DNA of 63,904 nucleotides, counting the filler, from Octopus bimaculoides (taxonomy: Eukaryota): the NCBI RefSeq assembly GCF_001194135.2. It is 5 parts of 5 records of this genome, joined end to end, with 100 filler letters (N's around TTAATTAATTAA, not from the genome) between each part and the next. Parts side by side here need not be neighbours in the genome. Positions count along the whole stretch, not along the records: positions 35,040 to 49,660 come from NC_069001.1; positions 49,761 to 62,779 come from NC_068982.1; 3 more parts are not named here. One strand, given 5' to 3'. This document shows, piece after piece, positions 47,757 to 62,779 of the stretch. The position numbers and the translations under genes were made by a program. The notes under the pieces were generated by a model. It saw nothing but the letters and a program-made list of their open reading frames with translations. It had not been told where the DNA came from and did not search any database. How positions within the stretch are numbered: the first letter of the stretch is position 1; each line of letters begins with the position of its first letter.

Positions 47757-49660
47757 TTATAATGATTGACTTTCTATAGACAACAGATATCTATATATAC
47801 ACATATAACTATACAGATATATTTAACAAAGATGCCATGTGTATGTATGTATGTATATATATAAATATATATATACACACACACACACAAGTGTCTCTCT
47901 CTCTAATAATTACACACCTAATGAGGAGAGGTGAAAATATAATCATTACCCAACAGGTATAAAACCTGTTAATAATCACCTTAGGGATACACAAGATGAG
48001 TGGACATCAGCAAGTTTGATGGTATTAAGTTGTTCCTCTAATGCATAGCATCTCTAAAGGATATTTGTACTTATCTAAATAGGCTTTTGTGGTTGCAAGG
48101 TGAAGTGTAAACATTGAGAGGCATCAATAAGTCGTGTCCAGAGAACAGCTAAAACAGGCAGACGTAAAATAAAACAATATTGCAGACATCAACAGAAGCT
48201 AACTACGACCAACCAACAAAACAAATCAGTGTCTCTCTTGGAGTTAATGAATCTCTTGTTCACATTTTGTTTCTGCCACACTTCAAAAAAGCCTGATACC
48301 ACATCGAGCTAAACCCAACAAATGACACACTCTGAAAGAAAAGTTAAATTGGTAAATTTCTGCACTTTCAACAGAGAAATTCCAGCAAGTTTTTGCGGAT
48401 TTAGTGCCAAGAGTAGTAAAACATTTGGAATAAAGGATGATTTATTATAAATTAACATTTATTCCTAGTGAAAGCCCTGTCCCCTACCACTCCAGTTGTT
48501 CTTGATGGATTAGGTGCTATTATTATTATATTATTGTATTCACATTTTCCTTGACGACAACAACAGTTTGTATTTATGAAATCTGAAGATGATCAAAAGC
48601 TATCAGACCAAACGCTGGCAACGAGAGATTGCCAAATGCCCTTACATATATATATATATGTATACACACACACGCACACACAACTTCTTTACTGATAGCA
48701 AAACATGCAGCTGTAAAAAAAAAAATCAATAAATAAAAATAAAAATAAATTTTTAAAATTGCCAGTAAGAGAATATGAGTTTATGTGTCCATTACGACAT
48801 ATATATACCCAGCTTCTAATGAAGCTTTCATTAAACACTAAAAGCTGCTTAAAGTAGTTGCTTAATGCAGTTCAATTTTGTTTGTTTTAGTTTTTTATCA
48901 AAGAAAAAGCAAAAAAGAAAACAAACAAAAATTTAACTAAAATTTGAATGATGTCAATGTTGATGTTATAGTTGTGGTTATTTATAATAGCAGTAGTAGT
49001 AGTAGAAGTAATGGTAGTAGCAGCTACTGAAACACCTCATTGAGTTAGGAATTTTCACTGAAAACCTTTTATAGTTAGTTTTGGACACATAAGCGTCAGC
49101 AAACTATATAATATTAGCACTGGTGACAGTGAATAAACATACATATACATACATATGTGTGTATATATACACATATATGTATGTATATATATAAAATATT
49201 CTTAGTTTGAATTTTAAATTTACACTACAATAACCAGTGTTATTAAAACATTTTCACCAGAGGAAGAAAAGAAAGCGATTTAATAAAGAAAGAAATGAAA
49301 GAAAGCTATAGGGTTTTCTATAGTTTCTTCAATGATATATTTGATTTCCCCCCCTTTTTATTGACTTGTTCTCCCTAAAATAGATGGAAAGGGTGGTGAT
49401 GGTGGTAGGGGGGACAGGCCTTATTTCAGTTATTGTTTCACACAAAATATAACAGTTACATTACTCGCTGGCCATATACTGTGGCTAATTATTGTGTTTG
49501 TTACAAATAGCAGGACTATTTGCACCAAATCTTATACTTAGCTTCCAAAAGTTACAGACCACATATACAAAGAACCTGTAAAATAACTCTAAAGAGGGGG
49601 TATAATAAAAATCTTTTGCTGTTCTTTGATTGAAGAGGTTTTTTTTTTTTAAATTCTAGA

Positions 49661-49760
49661 NNNNNNNNNNNNNNNNNNNNNNNNNNNNNNNNNNNNNNNN
49701 NNNNTTAATTAATTAANNNNNNNNNNNNNNNNNNNNNNNNNNNNNNNNNNNNNNNNNNNN
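49661..49760. other. Artificial scaffold join with six-frame stop linker
   Basis: TTAATTAATTAA at 49705-49716 between two 44-N runs. Confidence 0.95.
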
Positions 49761-50049
49761 TATATATATATGCATATATATATATATGCATATATATGTG
49801 TGTATGTGTATATGCATATATATGCATGTATATATACATACACACGCACACACACACATATATATACTAATGAAAGACAAAGAGCAGCAGTTGCGTAGTC
49901 TCGGAGCCATTTACATGTCTTCATTTGAATGGCTCCGGTGAAGCTATAAGATGTTGCACAATCATTCAACAGAAACAGCTGTAAGCTAAAGAAAGGTATT
50001 ACGTAACTTCTGTTCTTCAGTCTTTCGTGAATTGATATATCTGTGCGTG

Positions 50050-50106
<57 letters not shown>

Positions 50107-51986
50107 TCCTAAAACATTCAAACACACTCTTGTACGTGACTGTGTATCCGTTAATACTCAATTATATCATCAGAGGAAGTAGATTAATGAATATGTTATC
50201 AGATAGACGAAGGAAAATTGTATAACAACTCATAGAACATAAGAATCAATTTAATCTACCTGAGAATATATGTAACCTTGCTTAAATAATGGCAAAGTTA
50301 TTGTGTCTGGAGAGTTAGTTTAGAGAANNNNNNNNNNNNNNNNNNNNNNNNNNNNNNNNNNNNNNNNNNNNNNNNNNNNNNNNNNNNNNNNNNNNNNNNN
50401 NNNNNNNNNNNNNNNNNNNNNNNNNNNNNNNNNNNNNNNNNNNNNNNNNNNNNNNNNNNNNNNNNNNNNNNNNNNNNNNNNNNNNNNNNNNNNNNNNNNN
50501 NNNNNNNNNNNNNNNNNNNNNNNNNNNNNNNNNNNNNNNNNNNNNNNNNNNNNNNNNNNNNNNNNNNNNNNNNNNNNNNNNNNNNNNNNNNNNNNNNNNN
50601 NNNNNNNNNNNNNNNNNNNNNNNNNNNNNNNNNNNNNNNNNNNNNNNNNNNNNNNNNNNNNNNNNNNNNNNNNNNNNNNNNNNNNNNNNNNNNNNNNNNN
50701 NNNNNNNNNNNNNNNNNNNNNNNNNNNNNNNNNNNNNNNNNNNNNNNNNNNNNNNNNNNNNNNNNNNNNNNNNNNNNNNNNNNNNNNNNNNNNNNNNNNN
50801 NNNNNNNNNNNNNNNNNNNNNNNNNNNNNNNNNNNNNNNNNNNNNNNNNNNNNNNNNNNNNNNNNNNNNNNNNNNNNNNNNNNNNNNNNNNNNNNNNNNN
50901 NNNNNNNNNNNNNNNNNNNNNNNNNNNNNNNNNNNNNNNNNNNNNNNNNNNNNNNNNNNNNNNNNNNNNNNNNNNNNNNNNNNNNNNNNNNNNNNNNNNN
51001 NNNNNNNNNNNNNNNNNNNNNNNNNNNNNNNNNNNNNNNNNNNNNNNNNNNNNNNNNNNNNNNNNNNNNNNNNNNNNNNNNNNNNNNNNNNNNNNNNNNN
51101 NNNNNNNNNNNNNNNNNNNNNNNNNNNNNNNNNNNNNNNNNNNNNNNNNNNNNNNNNNNNNNNNNNNNNNNNNNNNNNNNNNNNNNNNNNNNNNNNNNNN
51201 NNNNNNNNNNNNNNNNNNNNNNNNNNNNNNNNNNNNNNNNNNNNNNNNNNNNNNNNNNNNNNNNNNNNNNNNNNNNNNNNNNNNNNNNNNNNNNNNNNNN
51301 NNNNNNNNNNNNNNNNNNNNNNNNNGAATGGTTGCATGATTTTTTAAAGAACAAAAGTCAGGCAGTTGCATACAATGGTGCTCTCTCTCTTCCTCTCTCT
51401 CTCTCTCCTCTCTCTCCCCCTCCTCTCTCTCTCCTCTCTCTCTCTCTTTCTCTCTCTCTTCCTCTCTTTCTCTCTCTCTCTCTCTTTCTTGTTTATGCAT
51501 GTGTGTGGGGTTTGTGTGGGGAAAAATGTGCTTTCCTGTGTGTATGTGCATGCGTGTGCTTACGTGCGTGTGTGCTTGTAAGTGCGTGTGTGATTATGCC
51601 CATGTGTGTGTAATTGTGTGCGTGTCTGTATGAGTGTGTTGTGTGTGGGAGGTATGTGTGCGTACATGTGCGAGTGCGTGCATGTATGTGTATGTACATG
51701 TGTATAAGTCTGAATGCGTGTGTGTATGTGCGTGTGTATATGTGTGTGTGCATGTGTGCATGTGTGTATGTGCGTGCGTGTGTATATGTGTGTGTACGTG
51801 GAGATGTGTGTCAAGTTATGTGTGCGTTTTGTTGCGTGTGTTAGTGTGTGTATGTGTATGTGGTTGTGTGTACGTGTGTACGTTTATGTGTACGTGTGTG
51901 TATATATAGGTGTGTAGACACACCTACGCGCGTGCTGTGCATAGAAACAGAAGAGCTTTCTATTGAATGCCTGTTTATATATTCAC

Positions 51987-52196
51987 CAATGGGTAGATTT
52001 TGACATAGTGCTCTTTATCCATTGATTCATACGCACATGGAACACGTTCAAGTGATGGTATAATAAACATTCGCACTCCTTTAGGTCTCGGAACAGGGTA
52101 AACTTCACATTTGAGTTCCATTTTATCTGGAGCTTGAAGACCAAGGATAGGAATACTCTGTTGTACTTCGATTTCATTTAAGCAGATCCTCTTCGA
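51987..52196 (-). CDS. Candidate orphan coding exon, 70 codons
   Basis: SKRICLNEIEVQQSIPILGLQAPDKMELKCEVYPVPRPKGVRMFIIPSLERVPCAYESMDKEHYVKIYPL, bounded by TAG and GTGAAT, phase 0-0, in a unique-looking island. Family not recognised. Confidence 0.35.
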
Positions 52197-53278
52197 CTAC
52201 AGTCTACACCTATCTGAGAAACGGTATATAGAAAAACAAATTGCAGTATCGCTCAACGAAATATCTGCAGTGAGTTCCTACTACGGTGACAGACAAGGCT
52301 TTCTCCAGGATATTTTCAACCGACTGGCCCAGAAAATAACATCAGCCATCGAATATATTAAAGGAAATACCGCGGAGTAGACCTTGTTATCAAATGTTAA
52401 TGTTGGCTTCCATTTCATTCAAGTAGCAGTGCACCGTACCTAAATCCAGCGGCCGTCAGCAGTTCTGTTTTGAACAACATGAATCCAATGTTACCAACGG
52501 ATAATAAGGATATTCCCGTTTGGTCGCAAGCGACTAAAACTTCATTTTAGCGAGCATCTGAACAATAGGTGTATATATTACATATTTGTGAAACTTCAAG
52601 TAATGAACGCTCTCAAGAACTGTTGGCCTCACACGTATATATGTACGTGTATATTTGTGTGTGCTTGTATAAATGTATTGTACCCATTTAATTTCACATA
52701 TGTTTAACGTGATTAATGATTGTAATACAAAAGTTACCTAATATACACACACTATATACACACACTATATACACATATACATGTATTAAGACACAACGAC
52801 ATACAATTACATATAATTACACTTACAAGCATACACTTAACATTACTGATGAATAGCATACAATAAAACGAATAGAATGCACATATACATTCACATAGCC
52901 AATACCTGCTGCATGGTGGTATGATATACAAAATGCATGGAGTACGTCTACAAAACGTTATTTATCTCACTGTTGGAGTACATATATTAAATAGTATTTA
53001 CATTTTGATAGAGAATACATTTATTGCATGCTGGCATTTACCACTCTCAGTACATATAATACAACGTATTTTCAACTCTGAGAGCGAGTATAAAATTCAA
53101 AGGTGCTGTCCCTCCTCTGATGATGATACACAACGTGTGTAGCTGTGACCACAATACAATAGCTCACATACAATCACTTATAGTTTCACACGAATATAAA
53201 CATAATAATAGAATCCCAGAAAAATCCACCACATACACGTACACACATATTCTACAAATACACGCACAATCACAATCA

Positions 53279-53335
<57 letters not shown>

Positions 53336-53428
53336 ATTTGCTATAGGATTCATGGTGGATGAAGACATTGTGAGCAAACACCACCTAACACACACACACA
53401 CGGGCGTGCATGCAGGTGTGTTCGTGGG

Positions 53429-53472
<44 letters not shown>

Positions 53473-53633
53473 GTGTAAATCCTGCTTTTGTGGATTATAA
53501 TGAGTTGCGGTGAGATGAAAGGGAGCAATAATTATATACAAATAACTGAAATATAAAATTCTATTATTGGTAATACTGACTTCTCCCATGTGTTAAGCGG
53601 TCTTTCTGCGCGCGCACACAGAGCTATTATTTC

Positions 53634-53674
<41 letters not shown>

Positions 53675-53684
53675 NNNNNNNNNN

Positions 53685-53721
<37 letters not shown>

Positions 53722-53791
53722 TCTCTCCATATATGCGCGTGTGTGTTAGTGCTTGTTTTTATCTATATGTGTGCATAAGAATATCGATAGA

Positions 53792-53824
<33 letters not shown>

Positions 53825-55027
53825 TATCATCATCATCATACTCCTCTTCCTCCTCCTCCTCCTCCTCATCATCATCATCGTCGTTGTCCCTATCAAATTC
53901 CTCACTCACTCTGTCTCTGTCTCTCTTTCCTTCCAATAACTCTATAACCCCTTCCCCCCTCTCCCACCTATAAATATATATACCTCTCATTGATCTCTCC
54001 CACCCCTTACTTATATTAAATATATAATATATTCACCGTCATGATTCATCTCTTATTGCTCCGTATGAAGTGTGCAAAGCAGTTCTCTTCTATTTATGTT
54101 CAGAGCCAAAATACATATATCTTAATATGTTCACCTTGATTTATTTTCCTCTGTGATTTCATTGGAGCTATATCCGATTTTATATATATATATATATATA
54201 TTAAAGCTGTATATATGATGTAACGCGATAATATGTTCAAATATATTGAGCACTTCGGTAAACTTTGCACGAAAATATATTCTCATTGTATGTGTGAAAT
54301 GCATATTTATTATCATTCATTAATATCGGTTTTTTTAAGGGTAGAGTCTTATTATTGAATAGTTTGTTGTAAGATTTTTACACAACAAAATACACGAGTA
54401 ATCGGTTAAATAACTACGATACGAATTCCAATATTTCGGGTGTGGTTTCAAGGAGATTTGGCTGATCTACTCAGTGATTCAAGCAACCAAATAGATTCCA
54501 CGTGGTTCAAAATCATCGGTCTGGCTATTCTGATGTTGGTTCTTAAATGTTGAGTTTATTAAGGTTATTATTACTAGGTCGTCACTCGTCGCTACGCTGT
54601 CGGTAAAAACATTTGTTCATCATGCACGTACCTTCATAAACTGTTTAAAGGGGATGTCTTCTTTCTTTTTTTAGTCTGCGTTGCGTTGTCTATATGTTGA
54701 AATACATACAGAAACACACACACACACACACACAGAGAAACAAACAAACAAACAAAATAACTATATGTATGATACATACATATATACATATANNNNNNNN
54801 NNNNNNNNNNNNNNNNNNNNNNNNNNNNNNNNNNNNNNNNNNNNNNNNNNNNNNNNNNNNNNNNNNNNNNNNNNNNNNNNNNNNNNNNNNNNNNNNNNNN
54901 NNNNNNNNNNNNNNNNNNNNNNNNNNNNNNNNNNNNNNNNNNNNNNNNNNNNNNNNNNNNNNNNNNNNNNNNNNNNNNNNNNNNNNNNNNNNNNNNNNNN
55001 NNNNNNNNNNNNNNNNNNNNNNNNNNN

Positions 55028-55067
<40 letters not shown>

Positions 55068-56650
55068 TTTCCTGAAGTCTGCTGCGTTGTGTTGACAGAC
55101 TTGCACTTAAAATTCCTGCGCTTTTAATCAAAACTTGTTAGTTACTACCTATTTCTCTATCTTTCACATATACATACACACTCTATATCTCTCTCACTTG
55201 CTCTCTCTTTCTCTTTCTATCTCCCTTTCTCTCTCTCTTTCATTGTATTTCTTCTCTCTCAACAACAACTTTTTCTTCTCCCCTTCTTCCCTCTCTCTAC
55301 ACAGGTATTGTTACGGACAAACAGACGAAGATCAGCTTTTTTTTTACTAATATAAGATTAAGTTGTTCAAATGTGACGAGCTGGACAAAATTCTTAACGA
55401 TACTTCGTCTGACTATGTGTTCTAAGTGTAAATTCCACTGAGCTCAACTTTACCATTCGAGGTCGATAAAATAAATACCAGTTGAGCACTGAGAGGGTGA
55501 TGTAATTGACAAGTCCTCTCTCCACTATTTCAGGCTTTGTATCTATAAGAAAAAGGATTATGAAGTGGTTCATGGTACACAGATGAAAAGTTTAGGGACG
55601 TCGGAAATTTTGTACAAATGATACGGAATAACAGTCTGTCAGTCTACTGCTAATTGAGTTATTGCTTATCGAGCATGACCTGTGTATTGGTGGGGGTAAC
55701 CAGTCTAAAATATTGTTGTTGTAGTTTCGTATCTGGTCCGCCTTCTCAAGCAGATCTATGATCAAATGCGTTCCAGCTGCGACTATCCTGTTTTTGTTTG
55801 TGCTTTAGGGATACTACATTATTTAATCTGTCTCCTCTTTTTCAAGACCCCCCGAGGGTCCATATAAGATTTTTGAGAATCCATGTAGCAAAATTGTAAA
55901 TTGGGAATCCACAATAGTATTTTAAAGGTCCCTGAAAAGATTTCGCTTTTGGTGTTTGTATTGGTATGTATTACACAAGAAACAGCATGGTTTCTTTCTC
56001 TAACATTTTACATAGCTCAATCTACACAAGGTAATGTATGAAAAACAGAAACAAGAATTTTGAAAGAAGTTTCTATAAAACTAGTTTTTAAACATCAAAT
56101 GGCTATGGAGGGGCCTAACAGAATAAAATAGAAATCAAATGGGCCCATAGATAAAAATGGTTGAGAACCCTTGGCTTAGAGAAAGAATCGACTGCTATTT
56201 CAAGCAAATCAAGTGCACGTCACTGTCCCAAATTTATGAGCAGTATTTTAATGACGGCAGCTGGCAACTGATCAGAACTCAGCCATATATAATGACAGTA
56301 AACGGGTGATCTAACCATAGCAATGTACTCTAGGCTCTTTTATATGTGTATATGCATATGTGTGTGAGTGTTTACGTGTTTGGACATCATTAAACATCAA
56401 TAGAGATTGTGTAACAACAGTTATAGAATCTGAGAAAATTTTAATAATATTAAGTTTATAAATAATAAATAACATCATAAATGGACAGTATCTAAATTAA
56501 AAAATTATAAAACTGGACGGTCACAGTCTGATCGCTTTTGATCATAATTTTGCTCAATCACTAGTCAAATATCAATATACTAAATTTTTAATGTACAATT
56601 AATAAGTCTGAATTTTCGAAAGTAAATTAATAATTATAAAATATGGGTAC

Positions 56651-57055
56651 AGGCGTGGCTGTGAAGTAAGAAGTTTGCTGTCCAACCACATGGTTCTGAG
56701 TTCAATCCCACTGCGTAGCACCTTGGGCTAGTGTCTTCCGCTATAGCCTCGGGCCGACCAAAGCCTTGTGAGTGGATTAATTTAACGGACACTGAAAGAA
56801 GTCCATTGTGTATATATGTGTGTGTGTGTGTCTGTCTCTCTGTCTGTCTGTGTGCGCGCGCGCGTGTGTATGTGTGTTTGTCTCTCACTGCTTGACAACC
56901 GGCGTTGGTTCGTTTATGTTCCTGTAACTCAGTAGCTCTGAAGAAATAACTGAATAAAAAGACTTATAGAATAATTACCAGATTTTGAATTGATTTGATC
57001 AACGGCATGACAATCTCCGGCATGACCGTAGTCCAATGACTGAAACCAAAAAAAG
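56651..57055 (+). mobile_element. Family-A SINE, full length and diverged
   Basis: Head GGCGTGGCTGTGAAGTAAG...GAGTTCAATCCC, GCACCTTGGGC, internal microsatellite, and tail CATGACCGTAGTCCAATGACTGAAAC. Confidence 0.8.
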
Positions 57056-58676
57056 AATAGAAGAATATCAATGTATCACCTGGTTCCGAGTTTCTCTTCG
57101 ACTACGTCTGATTTCATATAAAGGACTGATATTTTTTTATCCAAACATAGTTGTTCTTTATTGTTAAGCATGAATTTTTTGCTTAATATAACTTTTATTT
57201 TGTTCTTCATAAACTGACTGGGGTAAATTTTCGGGTTTTTTGTTGTCTTTCATATATTTTATGTTCGTGACTTGCCGACTGGATTAAAACTGGATAATCT
57301 TGTCTCCTTTTGCAAGATATTTTTCTGGTATCGTGTTTAGCCTCTCATCACGGTTATTCGAGCTGACCCATAAACAAGACCTTTCCAACCAGGATCATCA
57401 CATGTTAGAGTTCTCTACGACTGCATTAGCCAATGTATCCTTCCTTTACACACAAACAGTAAAGTGTGATCAGGAGATTTAACTGCTATTTCAAGCAAAT
57501 AAATCAGCCAAACGTACCAGTCAACCAACCCACATAGAGGCTTCCCCGTGGAGATATATCTTAACAGCAGGTTGGTGTAGTTAATGTGGTTGATTAGTAG
57601 CTCCTGGTCGGTTTTGATCATGCAGACATATGATCGAAGCCATTCCAGCTAATCTTTGGATAGTGCTCCAAGGACACATTGCCAAATGTATAGATCAAAC
57701 ACATATGTTTTCAACCTTTTTTTTTATCTGAGAATACCTTTGATTGCTATTTGGTTCTAATGAACCCCATAGCCATTCAGTGTTTAAAAATTAGTTTCAT
57801 TGGTACTTCTTTCAAAATTCCTATTTTGCTTTTCACCTGTTCACTTGTATAGGTTTGCAGTAGCGCTCACTCAGAGAACGTGTTTCCGAGGCTGGAAACG
57901 TGCTGAACTAAATTAAGCGTTAGAGCAAGAAACCCAACTGTTTCTGGCAATTAATACATCTAAAGCAAAATTTATTCTTAGATCCTTGAACCACTACTAT
58001 GGATCCTCAATTTACTGTTTTGCTTGTGTGGACCCCAGCAATTTTATATGAACCCCGACGTCACATGGACGTTTCACACTAATATGCGCAACACCCTACA
58101 TCTTCTCTATGGTAGAGTGCGTGGTTACAAGTCAACAATGGCCGGTCACTTTTTTTCTGTTTCCTTTTTCTTTTCTAATGGCTTTGTTGCAAGAATAAGT
58201 GCAGGGACCTTACCCTTTTTTTTTTTTGATGATCTTCAGTACTGACAACAGTACTCTTTTACTTGTTTCAGTCACTTGACTCCGACCATGCTGGAACACC
58301 GCCTTTAGTCGAGCAAATCGACCCCAGGACTTATTCTTTGTAAGCCTAGTACTTATTCTATTGGTCCATTTTGCCGAACCGCTAAGTTACGTAAACACAC
58401 CAGCATCGGTTNNNNNNNNNNNNNNNNNNNNNNNNNNNNNNNNNNNNNNNNNNNNNNNNNNNNNNNNNNNNNNNNNNNNNNNNNNNNNNNNNNNNNNNNN
58501 NNNNNNNNNNNNNNNNNNNNNNNNNNNNNNNNNNNNNNNNNNNNNNNNNNNNNNNNNNNNNNNNNNNNNNNNNNNNNNNNNNNNNNNNNNNNNNNNNNNN
58601 NNNNNNNNNNNNNNNNNNNNNNNNNNNNNNNNNNNNNNNNNNNNNNNNNNNNNNNNNNNNNNNNNNNNNNNNNNNN

Positions 58677-58710
<34 letters not shown>

Positions 58711-59226
58711 TCCACATGCGCATAGACATGTGTAAGTGTATCCGTATGTGCGTGCACGTGTATGTGTGTATATGCTATACATGCGTATGTATATGCATGT
58801 CGTGCAAGGAAAACGATGTTTCTTTACTTTTTCCATCAAAGGAATCGAACTGATGTCTTTAACACTGCTACATATTCTAACATGTTTACTCCATACTGAG
58901 TGGCAAAGCTACATCTCTTACATCAAGCACTTACAAACCCTAACAACGGATCAATATGGCTCCCCGACACAATGGCGTCTGAACCCACACCGCTATCTCA
59001 CAAGGGGCAACCTCATGGCACGATACGTTATCACATAGCAAAACAATCCTGTATCTGCCAGCTTAACTTTTTATATATATAGCACCAAATTGTTCAGCCC
59101 TATCACACACGTTAACAGACAATTTTTTTTTTAAAAAGCCCACATACCAACCTCCCAGGGGCACGTAACTCTTGACCAGATGAAATGCATTGAACACACA
59201 CTGATATACACAGATAAATAACACAT

Positions 59227-59280
<54 letters not shown>

Positions 59281-59515
59281 NNNNNNNNNNNNNNNNNNNN
59301 NNNNNNNNNNNNNNNNNNNNNNNNNNNNNNNNNNNNNNNNNNNNNNNNNNNNNNNNNNNNNNNNNNNNNNNNNNNNNNNNNNNNNNNNNNNNNNNNNNNN
59401 NNNNNNNNNNNNNNNNNNNNNNNNNNNNNNNNNNNNNNNNNNNNNNNNNNNNNNNNNNNNNNNNNNNNNNNNNNNNNNNNNNNNNNNNNNNNNNNNNNNN
59501 NNNNNNNNNNNNNNN

Positions 59516-59584
<69 letters not shown>

Positions 59585-59889
59585 ATTTCTATCGTTATTG
59601 AACGATCAGATATTGTAATACGCCATCTTTGTTATGTCTGATTTTATATCATTGATTATATGTTGATATCGCATACCACACACCACACACACACACACTA
59701 ATATACAAATTACGTACACACATACACACATACACAAAGAGAGACAACAGACTGCATATACGTACATATACATACATATATGAGTGTGTGTTTATGTATA
59801 TCATATGCATATATCTATATATATATATACACACATAATATACATACACACACGCATACATATATACATATACATATGTATTCATACAT

Positions 59890-59933
<44 letters not shown>

Positions 59934-60479
59934 GAGTAGATATATGTGCCTATATATATATGTGTGTGTGTGTGTGTGTATGTATATGTTTGTGTATATA
60001 TATATANNNNNNNNNNNNNNNNNNNNNNNNNNNNNNNNNNNNNNNNNNNNNNNNNNNNNNNNNNNNNNNNNNNNNNNNNNNNNNNNNNNNNNNNNNNNNN
60101 NNNNNNNNNNNNNNNNNNNNNNNNNNNNNNNNNNNNNNNNNNNNNNNNNNNNNNNNNNNNNNNNNNNNNNNNNNNNNNNNNNNNNNNNNNNNNNNNNNNN
60201 NNNNNNNNNNNNNNNNNNNNNNNNNNNNNNNNNNNNNNNNNNNNNNNNNNNNNNNNNNNNNNNNNNNNNNNNNNNNNNNNNNNNNNNNNNNNNNNNNNNN
60301 NNNNNNNNNNNNNNNNNNNNNNNNNNNNNNNNNNNNNNNNNNNNNNNNNNNNNNNNNNNNNNNNNNNNNNNNNNNNNNNNNNNNNNNNNNNNNNNNNNNN
60401 NNNNNNNNNNNNNNNNNNNNNNNNNNNNNNNNNNNNNNNNNNNNNNNNNNNNNNNNATATATATATATGCATGTGCACT

Positions 60480-60537
<58 letters not shown>

Positions 60538-61391
60538 CACACGCACACACAATCATATTTGTGATTTCTCCCCATCCATTGATAACCACAAAATATCCGT
60601 TTATTTCATTTCCTTTCTTCCTCCTTCTTAGTTCCTCCATGATACCCTCACCTCACTATTTCTCATTTGCTCTATCACATTCTCTATGTATCATATCGTT
60701 CTCCCTCTCCCTCTCTCTCTTTCTCTCTCTCTATCTCTATTTATATATATATACATGCATGCCTATCTATCTATCAATCCATCTATCTCTTTCTCGTTTT
60801 CCCATCCATCCATCTCTGAACTCTTGATTGCCAGTTTAGTAGATGTAAGTACTCTGACAAGGCAGATCGATAGATAACTCTCGATTGAAGGAGGCAAGAA
60901 AATAGCATACACACACACATATGCGCGCGCGTACACTCAAACACACACACACACACATTCAGACACATGTACACGCGTTCACATATATGTATATTTACAA
61001 CCACACTTGCACATAGAACCAGATACAACTCACATACAACCACAAGGATGTACAACGTACACGTACAACCATAAACTTATACAACCAAACACACATATAA
61101 TCAAAGAAATATAGTCATGAACACAATCATACTCACACACACAACCTTAAAAACACGTATATAACCACATACACATACACATATAAGATCGTATACAAGC
61201 AACTCTCTCCTTGTGTTCTCCTACTACCACAACCACCACCACTTCAAATCTGACTCTTTCTACTTGACTGAGCAGACGATCGTTGCTATATCTGTTGTTC
61301 ATCTAATTAGACTGATCTGGTGTCTTCACTGAACAGTGCTCTATATTTCCCCCACCCCACATTTAACTATATCTATCTAGCTCTATCTCTC

Positions 61392-61429
<38 letters not shown>

Positions 61430-62717
61430 CATCTGTCTGTCTATCTATTTATTTCAGTCTCTATTTCTCTCAGGCTGTTAGTCTCTAACTGTCTCACCCT
61501 CTCTCTCTCTTTAACTTTCTCACTCCCTCTCTCTAACTGTCTCACCCGCTCCCTCCCTCTCCCTCCCTCTCTTTATGTCACACTTTGAATAAATATATAA
61601 AAGATAGATNNNNNNNNNNNNNNNNNNNNNNNNNNNNNNNNNNNNNNNNNNNNNNNNNNNNNNNNNNNNNNNNNNNNNNNNNNNNNNNNNNNNNNNNNNN
61701 NNNNNNNNNNNNNNNNNNNNNNNNNNNNNNNNNNNNNNNNNNNNNNNNNNNNNNNNNNNNNNNNNNNNNNNNNNNNNNNNNNNNNNNNNNNNNNNNNNNN
61801 NNNNNNNNNNNNNNNNNNNNNNNNNNNNNNNNNNNNNNNNNNNNNNNNNNNNNNNNNNNNNNNNNNNNNNNNNNNNNNNNNNNNNNNNNNNNNNNNNNNN
61901 NNNNNNNNNNNNNNNNNNNNNNNNNNNNNNNNNNNNNNNNNNNNNNNNNNNNNNNNNNNNNNNNNNNNNNNNNNNNNNNNNNNNNNNNNNNNNNNNNNNN
62001 NNNNNNNNNNNNNNNNNNNNNNNNNNNNNNNNNNNNNNNNNNNNNNNNNNNNNNNNNNNNNNNNNNNNNNNNNNNNNNNNNNNNNNNNNNNNNNNNNNNN
62101 NNNNNNNNNNNNNNNNNNNNNNNNNNNNNNNNNNNNNNNNNNNNNNNNNNNNNNNNNNNNNNNNNNNNNNNNNNNNNNNNNNNNNNNNNNNNNNNNNNNN
62201 NNNNNNNNNNNNNNNNNNNNNNNNNNNNNNNNNNNNATATATATATATATATATATACATATATACACGTTCACACACGCATACATATATACACCATACT
62301 CATCCATTCTCTGCCACTCCACTCTACTACTCCCTCCTCTTGTCCTCCACAAACTACTGTTAGTCTGTCCTGCCCCTCAACAGGTCCCTATAACATCGCC
62401 AGCAACAGTTACCCATTTCGCTACCCTTTTTCATATCTTTGCTGAAACTCACCTACTCACCGTCTCTCTCTCCTTCTCTCTCCATCTATTTATCTATCTA
62501 TCTCTTTACCCTATCGCACAATTTCTCTACTCTTTCCTATTTCACTCTGTCCCACATTTGCCATCTTTCTCTCTCTCTCATCCTCTCTTTTCAGTCTCTA
62601 CCTCCCACTCTTTACTCTCTCTCCCTCGCTCTCTCTCTCTCTCTCTCTTTATCTTCTCTTTCTTTCTATTTCTCTCTCTCTTTTCTTTTCCCAACTTTTC
62701 CCATTTCATTTTCTTTC

Positions 62718-62749
<32 letters not shown>

Positions 62750-62779
62750 GTCTGTGTATCTGTCTATCTATCTATCTAT

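Larger units (their letters stand above)
49761..62779. repeat. Microsatellite-saturated, gap-rich segment: (CA)n, (TA)n, (CT)n, (ATC)n, (CTAT)n with SINE fragments
   Basis: Direct reading. Almost every N gap here is flanked by a simple repeat. Confidence 0.9.

Noticed and set aside
48260-48331. Terminal exon of a minus-strand gene (SVSFVGFSSMWYQAFLKCGRNKM*)
   Set aside because: Good acceptor, but all frames are short, no partner exon was found, and no family was recognised.
53753-53990. Poly-His/Pro or poly-Asp/Glu protein
   Set aside because: Translation of a compound (CAT)n(CCT)n microsatellite among other simple repeats, with no splice or domain support.
57853-57916. Terminal exon FAVALTQRTCFRGWKRAELN*
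   Set aside because: Acceptor only, about 20 codons, and no linked upstream exon.
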